Shown in pieces: positions 33,443 through 45,400 of a stretch of 64,000 nt of DNA. The notes below the pieces were generated by a model. That model saw nothing but the letters and a program-made list of their open reading frames with translations, was not told the DNA's origin and did no database searches. Each line of letters begins with the position of its first letter. The first letter of the stretch is position 1. This DNA is from Flectonema sp. DT1601 (Eukaryota). Location: NCBI GenBank assembly GCA_964019425.1, contig OZ025799.1:310001-374000 (forward strand), in the 5' to 3' direction. Position numbers and translations under genes: made by a program.

Positions 33443-36400
33443 CTACTCAGCAAATTGCTTTTCATTCCTTGGACTCTGAGGTAAGGCCATTGGCTGTGGT
33501 AGTCGGGCACCTGGTAGCGCCATGGCACCAATTATGGATACCCTTCTCTCCTTATTTTGAGGTGGTGGTGCTAAAGTGTTACTACTCTCCGTAGTAGGTG
33601 GTGGCCTGATTATCGAACTGGTTGATTGTCTTCTCAGAGAGGTTGCTAAGTTAGTAAAAGATTGCGTAGCTTTACTTCTGTTAACGCTCATGTTTTGAAA
33701 TGAAGTACCTCCTGGACCAGTTGACATATCAGCAAATGGAAGTTGGTTTGCCTTTCTGGTTGACTGTACTCGCGATAATCCTCCAAATCCTGAACCTGGA
33801 ACAACAGAAGGTGCCGCCTCACCAGTTCCTGGCAGTGGTCTTACTGAGAACGTAGCCTTTCCAGCTCCACCCGCTCGGTCAACAACGATAGATAATGGTG
33901 AGTATACTCCATGGGCATCCTTCTTAGTCCTGGATAGGATAGCATTCAATTCTTCTTCAGCAGCAACAGATTTTCCATTAACAGTACGAACAACATCACC
34001 AGACTTGATACCTGCTTCTGCTGCGGGTGAGATCGCTGTGAGTACCTTCAAACCAGCTGGTTCTGACATTTGTGGATGTTTAGCACCGCGGAAGGTCTCC
34101 TGCTTACGAAGTTTGGTTGTGTCAAATGAGAGACCAATGACAGGAGGAGGACGTCTACCCTCACCTCCAGGTGACATTGGACATTCTTCAACAGTCATCA
34201 CTGATTGACTTTCAATATCAGGTGGTAAGAGTGTTGGGCGAACTGTTACAGAGAATCGACGTTCACGACGAGCACCAATACCTGGAACAACTGGTGGTCC
34301 GACATTTGGTTTACCAACAGGTTTTACAATTGGAGATGCTGATGGATGTATTAATGGAGTTACTACTCCACCCTCACCACCAGGAAGTGTTGGAGACAAT
34401 GCAGAGTTTGCTGGACTAGTTGGTTTTGAACTTCCACTTCTTCTACTTCCATTAAATCCAGGTTGCAATAGTGAAACTGCTGTAAACTTACTTTGCAATG
34501 GTTCAATACTCGATTTGTCTTTGTTGTTACGCATCGCAGCTGCTCTTCTGTTGATAACCGTCGGCTGAACACGGAGCTGATTTCCTCTCACCTTCATACG
34601 TTGCTTTCGCTGTCTCGATTGGAACAATTCGAAGATGGTAATGATAATTGGAGCGACTTGACTGGATGGCAGAGGCCATGCGTGAGTGTTCTCAACCTCA
34701 ATCTGTTGGTTTAGTTTTCACGGACACCCTGCGATATCAACAACTCACTGTAATTAAAAGGACGGGAATACATACCATATCTGTAAAGTCTGTTCTCTTC
34801 TCAATTTGAATCAATACTTGATCAACTGGTCCCTTGAACTTAAAGAAGTGACGAACCTTTGCTCTAAAGTCAGCAACCTGTTGTATTATAAATATTATTA
34901 AAGTAACCAGATGGTAGTTAAATTATGATAAAAGACTAAGATAAGATAACATACGGAATGGAAGTCGTCAGCATCTGCAAAGTGAACCTTATCAGGGTCT
35001 CCACTCTCTTTAAAGTAAACAATTTCACGTCTCTTTGTAGAATCTGGTTCCTCCTCTACAGTAGCGTCCTTCTTATCCTTGAGGTTGTCTTGCAACTGTG
35101 TTAATGACGCTAAGTTAAAGGTTGCTTGGTGTACGTTTGCATGATTTCCTTCTCCCTGATTCTGAGCTTCGTTTGCATTTGGAACTGGTGGGATGTTCAT
35201 CATAGTACCGAATACAACGTCATCTGGTTGTTCTTCCCATACGTCGCATTCGAACTTTGGACGGCTGTTTTTTTTTTTGTTTTTTTTTCGTGTTTTCTTG
35301 TTAGTGAATTGATACTCTAAAAAAGCTCAATTCTCTCCTTAAATACTTTTAATCGAATGTTAATAAAAAATACAAACCTCTTCTGCTTTGGAGGTGGCCA
35401 TGGGACACCATCAGGAAAGCCAAGAGGCGGCTGAGGAGGCCAGTCTTCACCTGCTGGTGGGATGCACTCAAGCCATTCCTTTGGTGGTGCCTTACCTCCG
35501 TTAGCAACACGAAGCCATTCTTCTGATGGAAGGTCATTATCAAGAACTTGCTTTACTTTGTTTACTCCAATGTCAGCTGAGGAATCCTCTGCTGGACTCA
35601 AAGCCAGTTTCAACCACTCTGCAGGTAGTTCAGCACCCTTGTCAATTCCATCTTCTTCAAGCTTCACTGCAACTTGCGGCTGTGAACGAGCTGCAACACT
35701 GTGGCTTCGGTTTCTCTTCTTTGGAATTGGACCTCCCGCAGCTCCAGGAACGTTGAGGAACTGCGATTTTGGCTTTGGCTTCGGAGGAGGCCAAGGAGCG
35801 CCTACAGGGTAGCCAACAGGCGGCGTTTCCGGCCAGTTCCCGCCCTCCTGAGGAGCTATCTCAAGCCAATCAGGTGGGACCTCGTCAAGTCCGCTGGCGA
35901 TTTTCAGCCATTCACCTGTCGATAAGTCACCATGAAGAGCTGCTTGTTGAGTATCCTTAGAATCCGTGTCAAATGCAAGGCGGAGCCACTCGACAGGAAC
36001 CTCTTGGTTGTCACCTGTATCATCAAATCCTAGGGTTACAGCAGTCTTTGTTTCTGTAGCCTTCGCAATTGAAACTGCACGGCTTCGCTTTCGCGGAGGA
36101 GCACCAGATTGCTTTCTTGGAGCAGTTCCAAGTGGAGGCCACGGCATTGCTGCTGGATAACCAACTGGTGGTTCCGCTGGCCAACTTCCGTCAGCTCCTT
36201 GCAACTGCAGCCACTCAATCGGAGGCTCTTCTCCATCAAGTGCTATCTTTAGACATTCTGCTGCTGGTAGTTCATCATTTCTAGCTTTTTTAATTATTGC
36301 AGGATCAACCTTCTTCTCTAGGGCAAGCATAAGCCACTTCTCTTTGAGCTTCTGACGATCATCTGCTGGAGGAGGTGTTACTGATATTTGGGTTTCTTCT

Positions 36401-39400
36401 CGCTTCTTAGGCATCGCCCATGGAAAGGTCTCTGGATAGCCTTCTGGACGTTTAGGTGGGAATGCACCAGCCTTGTCCGTCTTGAGCCAGTGCTCTGGAG
36501 GCTTTGCACCATCGAGTGCGATTCCAAGCCATTCCTCTGGCTCCAACTCACGGTTTTTGGCGCGAGCAAGAGTACTAGCTCCTGGACTTGGTTTCTTATT
36601 AAAGCAAAGTGTAAGCCATTCAACGTGCAATTCATCATCTCTGTCCTTAAACTTAGCCCTTGGTGGAGGCCAAGGAAAGTCTTCTGGATAACCAACAGGA
36701 CGTTTCTTTGGGAATTCTCCATCTGGTCCTATTGATAACCACTCAGCTGGATGTGGTTCTCCGTCCATCGCAATTCGAAGTAATTCTGCTGGTAGTAATC
36801 CTTCTCCCATTAGTCTTCGGATTGTTGCAGCATCGAGGTTTCTACCCATTGCGAGTTTCAACCATTCGATATTCAGCTCTTCTTCTTGTTTCTTCTTTGA
36901 CATCTTTGGTGGTGGCCACGGTGCTGTTGCCGGGTATCCAACTGGTCGTTGCTTCGGCCAATTTCCATTATCATCGAGTTTTAGCCACTCAACTGGTGGT
37001 TCTTCTCCACCCAGAGCAATCTTAATCCATTCAGCTGGAAGTAGGTCTCCTTCGGAAGCACGTTTTTTATCTTCAGCCGTCGCCTTTGGATGATTCAATG
37101 CTAATTGCAACCATTCTATTTTTAATTCTTCTTCTGCAGTTTGCTGTACTCTCTGCGGTGGTGGCCATGGAGCATTCTTTGGGTAACCCTTTGGTGGCAT
37201 TGGTGGAAAGATTCCACTTGCTGTGAACTGGAGCCAATCTGGTGGGATTTCTTCACCGTTTAAGGCAATCTTTAAATAGTCTGCTGGAGGCAGGGTGTTG
37301 TTCATTACCTTCTTTGTTGTTTCTAAGTCACAATTATTATCAAATGCCACCTTTAACCAAGTTGCCTTAAGCTCTTCTTCCTGCTCAAACTTTTCTTTAG
37401 TCTTTGGGACTGGCCATGGGGCGTTAGCAGGGTAGTTTGCAGGTCTTGGACCGTCAACATTCAACCATTCAGGAGGTATGTCATCACCGTCTGTAGCAAT
37501 TCGTAACCACTCTGTAGGTGGTAAGTTGTCAAGATTCTTCAGTTGTTCTGGTTTGAGTCCCTTATCCTCAGCGAATGTTATCCATTCTGCCTTAAGTTCA
37601 TCCTGCTCGATACGTTCCTTACTTTTCTTTGCCTTTGGTGGTGGCCATGGAATGATAGCAGGAAGGTCAACCGGTCTCTCAACTGGGTATTCACCAGAAG
37701 CGTCGAGTGTTAACCAATTTGGGTTTAAATCAGAGTCGTTTTCTAGACCAAGCTTGAGCCATTCTGCAGGAGTGAGATCTCCACTGACTGCTCTCTTTGC
37801 GATGTCTGGTTTGTATGCTTTCTTATCAAATGCGAGTGACAACCATTCTATTTCTAATTGACGCTCTGGATCTGGTTGATCAGGTTTTAATGGAGGCCAT
37901 GGAAGGTGTGCAGGGTATCCCTTTGGTTTATCTTTTGGATATTCTCCATTTGGTCCAACAATCAACCACTCAGGTGGCGGTTCTTCACCTCCGAGTCCAA
38001 TACGCAGCCAGTCAGCAGGTTGCATATCATCATTTGAAATCCTCTTCTTGTCTTCTGGTGATAAATCTGGTTTTCCAAAAGCAAGTGTGAGCCATTCAAC
38101 CTTTAGATCTGCTTCTTTGTCTTTCTCATCCTGACCCTTGGCTTTCTTTGATGCGGCTGGAGGAGGCCATGGCATACCAACAGGATAACCAATTGGAGGT
38201 TCCTTTGGAAAGTTTCCACTGGCATCGAGAGCTATCCATTCTGGTTGAATGTCTTGGTCATCCATTGCGAGACTGAGCCACTCAGCTGGTTGAACATCGT
38301 TCTTAAGAGCCTTCTTAGCAAGTTCTGGGTTCTTAGCGAATGCTACCTTGAGCCACTCGGCTTCAAGGTTTTCTTGCTTTTGCTCTTCTGTTTTCGCCTT
38401 TGGTGGAGGCCAAGGAGCCATAATAGGATAAGTAGCAGGCCTCTCAGTTGGATACTCACCATCAGGTCCTAAAGACAACCACTCTGGAGGAGGGTCATCT
38501 CCATCCATTGCCAGTCGAAGAAACTCTGCTGGAGTTAGACTTCCAGTGATAGCTTTCCTCGTTATTTTTGGATCTTTCTTATCAACCGCAAATGCCAACC
38601 ACTCTGCTTCAAGCTCTCTTTCATTCCTTTTCTTGTCCTGCTTCCTTGGTTTTGGAAGTGGCCACGGTAGTACAACAGGTAAATCAAGTGGTCGCTGACC
38701 GTTATTTTCACCCAGCGAGAGCCATTCTGGTTTCATGTCTTCTCCCCCAAGTCCGAGACGAAGCCACTCCGCAGGTTGGAGGTCACCTTCAATAGCACGT
38801 TTACGTGTAGCCGAAGGAATGTTTGGGTTTGACAAAGCAAGGTTCAGCCACTCCATTTCGAGCTCATCGTCATCGATTGGTCGCTTCACTGGATGTTCAG
38901 GAACCTTTGGAGGAGGCCATGGAGCTCCTACTGGATAGCCATCAGGTCTTTCTTGAGGCCAATCTTGTCCGTGTCTTGGAATTATAGAAAGCATCTCAGG
39001 TGGAGGGTCATCTCCGAAAGCAAGTCGTAACCATTCTGCTGGATCCAAATTTCCATTCACCGCCGCCTGAAGCATATCGTGAGACAGGGTTGGGTCATGC
39101 ATCGCCAACTTCAACCAATCAACAGGTAATTCTTGTTCTTCTTCGTATCCCTTTGGTTTTGGTGGTGGCCAAGGTGCGTTCTTTGGATAGTCATGTGGAG
39201 CCTTTTCCGGCCAACTGCCACCAGGTGGTGGAATTATTCCAAGCCAGTGGATTGGTGGGTCATCTCCACGAGCTACCTTGAGCCAATCGACGGGGTCCAT
39301 GTCTTTGTCAATAATCTTTTTAATATCTCTCTCTGGCATGTTATTATCGAATGCTACCTTCAACCAATTAACATCAAGATCACTTGGAATATCACTTGGT

Positions 39401-42400
39401 TTTGGTGGTGGCCATTGGTACTTGGATGGAAAGTCTTGAGGACCTTGGAGAGCATAGTTACCATCTTTTTTAGTTGGAAGACGATTCTGCCAATCGATTG
39501 GCAAGTTATCATCATCACATGCAAGGTTTAAGATATCTGCAGGGAATAGTTCATCGTTGTCTGCTATCTTTTTCTGAAGCTTCTTCGCCTTTTCATTGTC
39601 ATCAACCATTAACTTAAGCCACTCAGCAGGAAGCTTTTCCTTTTTCTTCTTCTTCGGTTGTGGTGGTGGCCACGGAGCCATTACTGGCCAATGAGCAGGA
39701 GGTTCCTCAGGCCAAGTTTCACCTGGTTCTGGAATCTTTAATTTCAGCCAATCTTGAGGAATTTCTTTACCCTTAGCTGCGATATTTAACCACTCAGCTG
39801 CTGGAAGATCGTTACCTAATCCAAGACGGAGGTACTCTGGATCTAAATCATCTCCCGAGACAAGAAGTTTCAACCATTCAGAATCTAGGTCTTTTTCCTT
39901 CGGTGCATTTGGTCGTGGAGGCGGCCATGGTAGGTTAGTTGGCCAGTTGAGTGGAGGTTCTTCAGGCCACAGTTCATCAGGTGGAGGGATTACTGCTAAC
40001 CACTCAGCAGGAAGTTCTTCGTCAGGTTTATTGAAAGCAACCTTGAGCCATTCAGCAGCCGGCATGTCTCCAGTCAAGGCGCCCTTCAGCCAATTAGCAG
40101 GTTTTCCATCAGGAAAAGCCAATCCTAACCACTCAACAGGCCACTGCTCTGGATCGAAGTCACCAGGTAGGTTACCAAAGGATGGAGGAGCCATTAAAGG
40201 AAGATCTGGAGCTTGCAACATAAATGATGTCACATCATCACCTGTTCCAACAGCAATTCCAATCTGAGTTCCCTTTTCTTCAATAAATTGATTTGCTGTT
40301 TGAGTGTCAATATCGAAATTAAATCTTCCTTTCTCTCCCTTATCACCCTTTTCTTCTTCTCTTGATCGGGATGCAACGTAACTCATTGCGGTAGCATTCC
40401 TTCTAGCGAAGTAGGTACCAATGTTTTGAATTAACCAGAATACCATGTCGATGACAAACCTCAATAACAATACAAAAAAGCAGAATGCCAATTGAAACCC
40501 TGCGATAAACATAGCCAATACTCTTCTACAGAAAGTGTAGTAAGCAAATCCAAATAGGTACTGCTCGCGTCTGTCTTTGAGAAGCATCAGAAGACATTTT
40601 TCTCTCTGAACATCGATCTTTCGGGACTTGAATTTGTTACGACCGACAACGTACGGACCAATGCATGCCCAGAGTGAGAATTTAATGTGAAGTACGACGT
40701 GAAGGAACCAATAAACCATTAAGATAGTTGGGAAGAATACATTCTCTACTCCAAGCATCAGAACTAGTCTGATGAATATAAACATGTAAACTAATACTCG
40801 AGACAAGATCACAATTGGAACGACGTTAGGAAGGCAGATAATGTAATCCCATGAGAAGGCGAATATGAAATACATAACTTCCCAAAGGATATCTTGCCAA
40901 AGTGAGAAGTAAACAAACAGCCATAAGCATGCCATGAAAATAGTCCAAAGAAATCTACCGGTGCTGGAAGTTCCACTGTATTCTAAGATAATTGAAACTT
41001 TGTAGTGGTGAAGAAGACATTCAGCTCTCTGACGATCTCTTGTGTGAGTGGAATCATAAAACTCAATTTCACGAACGTGACGCAGTCTTCTCATCGCATA
41101 AACAATTCCAATGAATGCCTCAGTTCTGACGTCTTTTTGATTACTGATGTCACCCTGACGTTGCTTTTTACGCTTTTGAGCTCTTTCAGCAATTTCTGCA
41201 AGTTTGTCCTCAGGCAATTCACCAATAGCATCTTGGATACCAACGACGTTTAAGTTTGACTTCTTACCTTCCATAATGTGATAAAGCAATACGAATTCAG
41301 GGAATGAAACAGTATCAACATCCATAGCGTTTAAGTACTCTGTGATGTCACTCGACTCTACAGCTAAAGCACGTCTCATAAAACCCTTGTAGACGTCAGA
41401 AGCTGCGAGGAATCCACATCCGGTTCGGTCAAGTCTTTCAAAGACTTCACGTAAGTCATCAATAGTGTGATTAGTAATACCTCTTTGTTTTAAATGGTCT
41501 TCATTAAGAGATGCATCAGATAAAACTTCATCATCAGCTTCCTTCACTCTGGTGTTAGCCACGGCTTTGGTAGCTGCCTTATCATCATTGACAACGTTGT
41601 GCATTTCAGCAAAGTTCGCACCTGGTTTGACAGTTTTCTGATGAGTGGAATCCTGTAGGGCATCTTCATCGTACTCAACGAAAGCCTGACCTCCTCCCTT
41701 TTCCCAGAGTCCTGTTTGACGTTCGATTTCGATGTCGTTTGCGCGAACTTGTTCTTGAGTTAGACCTCCTGGTGAGTATCTGCCTGAAGAGCTAGTGAAT
41801 GAGTCTTCATCTCCAGGAAGGTTTAATTTAGTGTTGAGTCTGAATCCTGGTTGTACATCAGATTCTGTTGATGAGATGCTACTGCTGTCACTGGTACCAC
41901 TGTAAGTTGATTCACGTAAACCTTCACCGACATTTGAAGTTTTTACTACTCTCGGAGATCCTGAAAACTGCGATACATCCCTAGGACCTGTTCCTTCGTA
42001 AGTCTGATCTCTCCTCTTTCTCTTAACAAGTAATTGAAAGAGTTCATTCAACGCTTTTGTGTTTCCTCCCTTTCGATGTTCAACAGCCTTCGGTGAAGCA
42101 ATTCCAGATAAAGGATCCTTTTTATTCTTAATCTTGAGAACGGCATCTCCCCAGATCCAAGACATGAAATTCAATATATCTCTTGATATTCCCTTTACAG
42201 TCATTGAAGGATTGAACCCACAAGGAGTTACCATCCATCCTAGAGCAACAGTCCAATGAAAGAATGATCTCAAGAAGGTCGCCCACTTATCTCTAGGGTG
42301 TATGTCCATGTACAATATACAGAAGGCTAATAACATAGAACCGTACATGAAGTGAGTGTGACTGTAGGCTCTCCACATATGACGAAATGATCTTTTAAAG

Positions 42401-45400
42401 AGTGGGTCCATTCTTCCGGTTGCAACGTACACAGCATCTCCGTTGAAAACACTTCCCCAAAATGCATGATATTTAGTTAAAAATACGAATAAGAAGAAGT
42501 ATGTTACGCCACCCATATCCCAAAGCCACTGAGCAAGACCCCAAACTCCATAGTCAAGAATTAATTGAACTCCCAAAGGAGCGGATTCAATTAATGTCAT
42601 TTGAAGCATCCATTCAGATCCGTGAGGTGATCCTCCTTTTTGAAGTTCGTAGTCAGTCTTTCCAGCGAATGCTAACGCAATGTGTAGTAGGACAGATCCG
42701 TAAACTAAAAGAAACAATAATCCTAAGTAAAGATAAACACCAATAGCTCCAAAGAATATACTATGTCTTTCAATAACGTTAGAGTATCTCGATAGCTCAA
42801 ACACATCTCTAGAACGGAACTGCATAGCAGCACCCATTCCTAACTTCGATTCAAAGGACATAGCACCATCAAAATTAGTTTCTCTACCCTTTCCACTTTT
42901 AATATCATCGATGTGAATAACGTGTTCATTCGATGCCTTGATATGGTAACCAGCGTAGATGTCTTCGTTTAGATTTACTCTTGGGTTCGGTTTAGAAAGA
43001 CCACTCTGGGTAACTACCCAAGAGGCATCAAAATAATCAGGATGACCGTAATGCATACGAACACCAAGTACTGACAACACTCTTTGAAATAATGTATTAA
43101 AGATGTACTCGGCATAACCAGCGTATCTTCCAACAGTTCCTGAAGGTAGAGTGATGACGTATTCCGGGTGACCGACAACCTTGTAAGCAGATCTTGATCG
43201 ATTCTCTACAGGGAAGAATTTCCCCATCAGTGATCGAAGCTTAAGTGACTCTTCGAAGTATCCGTCTTGGTTGCAATCGACTGTTTGAATGACTTGACCA
43301 GTACAGAATGGAAGGCAATGGCCTTGGTTGACAGCCTTACCTTGCATTCCACCAGTTAATCCCCATTTGACGTTGTCGTTTTTGACCATTCGAAGTGGAT
43401 TTCTACGTCCGATTACTTTAGTTACGATCCAATCTTGAGAGAGAGCGTCCCACTCAGCAAGGCAAGAAGCGAATTCCATACAATCCCACATACCCTGCAT
43501 CTTATCTTGTACCCTTGAGTATACAACTGGTGACATTCTAAAGTCTTCAGTATTAATATCAAATACAACCTTTACGAGAGGGAATCGAGTCCACATAGAT
43601 CTCAGAGATACTTCGTTAGCATCGTACCATTTGTTGTTTGCCATTCTTTGTAGACCGAGAATGAGTTGTAGTTTGTCACTACACATCATATTAATGTATT
43701 CAGGATTAATGATCTTACTCTGAGTGTAATCTTTCTCAAGTTCTAATAAGAATCTTGATGCTTCACGTCCTCGTTCAATACCTCTGACTGTACGAGCGAC
43801 TGTTTGCATTCTGTACGAAGCCCACCACCAGATTGCGTCTTCCTCTTCAGGTTTGAATAGCATCGGTCTTGTGTGGATGAGTTCTTGAATTCTCATAGCG
43901 CATACTTCACGGAGACGATTGTCAGGTTTAACACTTCTCTTTTTAACGTGATCGAATTCATTTAATAAAGTATTCTGATCTGATAACAATGCTCCAACCT
44001 GATCCATATGTAAGACAGCAAAGAATAATTGATTCTCAACAACTGCACGTTCAACAAAATTCAACCACTCGTCCTTGTAATGTTCTACTAAGAAGTGAAG
44101 CTGAGATTGTTGTTGGTGGTCACCACGTGCTTTGATACGCAATTGTCTTAAGTCAGCAAGAATAGATTCGCTGTAAACAGGAACTACAACAGAAACAGAA
44201 GGATAGCATTGAACAGGTCCCAAAGTCTCATCAAAATGAGTACTTGTTTGTAAATACTCTAAGAAGCCTGACAACCTCTCTCTTGCAAAAGAGTTGGCAA
44301 CAGCGAAGACAATGTCTGGAACGTGTGTAAGAATCTGCAATGTTTGGTATTCATAATTGCTTAAAATATCTTCCTCATGCATAACCTGAATTACCTTATT
44401 CCAAACCTTCCTTGCTAAATTATTATCTCGGGGATCAGTAAATGAAAGCAACTTAACGTTAATAGCCGATAGGATGAAACGGGTTTCCATTTTGTGTCCA
44501 AGTAGCTGACGACTCTTTCTCGTATGCCATTGCATTAACAAGTGCTTAATTCCTCCTACAAACATAACACCGATAAGGAATCCACCATGAATAGAAATAG
44601 CAAACATGCACATTGTAGAAAACCAGATCAGACCGATTGCACTAAAACAACGTGGTTGAGTTTTTCCACAGTCGTAAATCTTTGTCCAGACGTCAACTGC
44701 AAAGGCAGTAGCACCGTCGGTTGTCGCATCAACAGACTCGAGACCTTCACAGTCACAGAAGTCAAAACCAGTGCTTTCAGTCCGGTACATAATCCAAGCC
44801 TGAAATAAGCAAGCTACCAAGTAGATGACTGCCCAGAAGACTGATGAAATAAAGATTGTTCTTTTATCCATTAACTTCTTCTCTGGTTGTGGAGATCCAT
44901 GTAGTCGAACAGGGAATATAGTCAAGATAATGTTAAAGACAACTAAACAAGAGACTCTGATAATAACGTGAATAGCAATACGATCATTTGACACGTGATC
45001 ATCAGTAAGGAATAGAGATTCTCCGAGGATGATTAAAAATGATAAAAGACCAACGTAACCAGACCATCTCATCTTCAAGAACGACCAAAGTCTAATACGC
45101 ATGCATGTTAAGTCCGATAAGAAAGTATGATACGTAATCTCACGTTCATCATTGTTTCCTTTGTCTTTTAAATCGCAGCAGTATTGACATTTGCAGCAGG
45201 CTGTACCAGCTGCATGTCCAACCTTAGTCATGGCTACACCAAATGCTGGTACTTGTGTCAGACCTGCAGATATCCATATATCAAGAGTCTCATGAACAAA
45301 TATTAACCAGAAATCTAATTTCAAACAACACAACAATATGAAATGCATGTGGTCATTGTTGCCCCAAACTCCAACAGAACGCTCAATGACCGCGTTGATG

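Noticed and set aside
30995..33594. Many short poly-Phe/poly-Lys ORFs (also at 5297-7436, 17908-18414, 21121-22945, 59608-60192)
   Set aside because: They are translations of homopolymer A/T tracts in UTR or intergenic DNA.
33443..35203. Treating the 394-aa and 101-aa ORFs as separate genes
   Set aside because: Canonical introns with matching phases join them to the 4957-aa ORF, whose apparent end (FVFFINIR...) is intron read-through.
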